From the NCBI GenBank assembly GCA_001244265.2, contig CDLV01000005.1, positions 186,001 through 250,000 on the forward strand: a stretch of DNA of 64,000 nt, given 5' to 3'. Under the pieces are notes generated by a model. It was given only the letters and a program-made list of their open reading frames with translations, had not been told where the DNA came from and ran no database searches. This stretch comes from Microbotryum violaceum (Eukaryota). Below, one piece after another: positions 61,951 through 64,000 of the stretch. Within the stretch, counting starts at the first letter, position 1. Each line of letters begins with the position of its first letter. A program made the translations under genes and the position numbers.

Positions 61951-62991
61951 GGTGGATCTTGGCATCTAGCACTCTGGCGCCTGTCTTATTATCATTTTCT
62001 GCATCTAATTCAAAATGTAGCATCTGTCTGCTGTCTTCGGCCCTGTTGAAGGATCTGTACAAGGTGAGAGGAATGTTGGGTGACTGCGAGCCTACCTGCA
62101 CCCGTAGGATCCGTCGGGATCCGTCGGCTTTTGCCGCGAGTGGGCCAGCCGCTCCGACGTGCGTCGGCGAACCCCCACACAAATCCGAGATTTATAGCGC
62201 CTTCGCAGTCCGCTGTCTCTACTCTCTTGTGCTTCTCATCCCACCAAACACAATGTTTATACAGTGTGAGTCCTTCAAGCACTGCATTCGGCGTCATTTA
62301 GGTTGAACCTTTTAGTTGCCAGCTGACGAGCGCGACTTCCACTACTTTTTCCTTGACCCGTGTGTACTGGGCTCGTTTCCGGACGTCCAGATGGCCAAAG
62401 GGGAAATTGAGATTATAGTTCTCAAGTCAACACCTCTCACTTTTCACCTCTTTTAAATGATTGTCAAGTAATTATTGTGGGCCTGCTGCGATAGGCGGGG
62501 TTACGCAGCAACACGTCAACGACACCGGACGTCCTCCTTACACCCCATCCACACCTACTAGCGATCTCAAGGAAGGTTTCAGAGGTACAGGGACCTCAGC
62601 TTATTTTTAAAAAAAACCACTGTTTCCACTCATGCTGCGTTCGAGTCGATACTATGGCATATTGGGCGACAGCTCTAGCCCGTCAACGATTTCCGGACGT
62701 CGAACCGGATCCCCTTCTCGAGCAATGGAAGATGTATGGAATATTAGACCCGGCCCATGTATGGAGGGGAGCAGGCGATAGGTATAGAAATCATATACTG
62801 AGAATATGGAGGCCCAGGGCTTCCGCTACGTTCTTCTTTTTCCTTTCTTTTTCACCAACTTTTTTCAGGACGAGCGCGCCGACATCATCCAGCGGCCCGA
62901 ATTGCGCCTCCGCTCCGCAGCGCCTTAATCGGCTATCTTCCTTCCCGCCCTTTACCCACTGAAAACAGTAAACCTCGCCCCTCAGCTCAGC

Positions 62992-64000
62992 ATGCCTTCT
63001 TCCGCCCCTTTTGCCAAGTACATCGAGGACAACCAGGATGCGTTGATCGAGCGCCTCGCTGCGTCGGTTGCGATCGCCTCCGTCTCGGGCGACCCTTCGT
63101 ACCGACCTGAGGTGCACCGCATGGGCAAGTGGCTCCAGGACGAGCTCGTGAAGCTGGGTGTCGAGTGAGTGGTTGCATCTTGCCTGCTGTTGCGGTTGCT
63201 TCTGGTGTGTGGGCGGCTGTTGAGCGGAGGCGACCTTTCATTTCGTTGGGTGAGGGTGCGACACGAGATAAGCTTCCCCAGGCTCAGGCGGAGAGAAGAG
63301 AGCCGACGACCTCAACGTCATCACGCCCGTCGCCGATCGGCCGCCCCCCACAACCGCCGCAGCTCTCTCGCCCAATCGGATCATTGATCCCCACTCTCCA
63401 CCTCGTTCACAGGGTCGAATCCGTTCCCCTCGGCCCCCAGACTCTTGACGGCCAGGAGGTGCAACTGCCCCCCGTCTTGCTCGGTCAGTCTTCGCGGTGA
63501 CGAGCCAGTCGGGAACACGTGGGACTTGAGGAAGGCTGACCCCTGTATCTCCCACACAGGCAAGTACGGCTCCGACCCCAAGAAGAAGACCATCCTTATC
63601 TACGGCCACTACGATGTCCAGCCCGTACGTCAAGCGCATAAGCTCCTAACCCCACCCCACTTATATCCGACCTCGGAGCCCCCACGCTGACGGTGTCTCC
63701 TGTGCTCCTTCCCCACCCCGCGCACCCCACGTAAAATCTAAATACAAACAGGCGCTCAAATCCGACGGCTGGGAGACGGAGCCCTTTGAACTCAAGGAGG
63801 ACAAGGCCACCGGCCGCTTCTACGGTCGAGGATCGTCCGATGACAAGGGCCCCATTCTTGGGTGGTTGAACGTGCGTCTCTATGAGGGCCATGTAGAGAC
63901 ACACGGCCCAACGAGAGACTCACACACGAGCGAGGTGAATTGCACAGGTCATCGAGGCTCACCAAAAGACCAACACCGAGATGCCCGTCAACCTGCGAAT
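62992..64000 (+). CDS. DUG1: Cys-Gly metallodipeptidase (M20A, DUG1/CNDP2), 5-prime part, truncated by window end
   Basis: LIERLAASVAIASVSGD, LPPVLL|GKYGSDPKKKTILIYGHYDVQP, YGRGSSDDKGPILGWLN|VIEAH...MPVNLR. Confidence 0.95.

Overview
Intron-rich fungal genomic DNA. The protein families and splice patterns fit a basidiomycete; a Pucciniomycotina/Microbotryum-like yeast or smut is a guess only. The window has two parts. (1) About 1-31,000 is an accessory, repeat-rich region. It holds a near-identical 5.82-kb tandem array (three full units plus a partial fourth, running off the left edge). Each unit is a patchwork of a secreted-protein gene, a MITE, two solo-LTR-like insertions, and fragments of an MFS transporter, a GTP cyclohydrolase I gene and a GT90 glycosyltransferase. 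Further right lie three more paralogues of the same secreted/GPI-anchored family (one decayed, one intact, one chimeric and inverted), the full-length MFS pseudogene and a Ty1/copia remnant. (2) About 31,700-64,000 is ordinary gene-dense DNA: GTP cyclohydrolase I, a small secreted protein, an MBOAT acyltransferase, a FUT8/GT23-like glycosyltransferase, an OCA1-like phosphatase, a mitochondrial rhomboid, CLPTM1, a multicopper oxidase, an acid phosphatase, a YMR226C-like SDR, a Rif1-like protein and the start of DUG1. The most interesting signal is the seven-copy secreted-protein family. It shows mosaic recombination, variable patches, presence or absence of the GPI-anchor exon, and a gene cassette flipped at the same breakpoint. 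All exon models were built by hand. Several frameshifts fall in homopolymers and may be sequencing errors.
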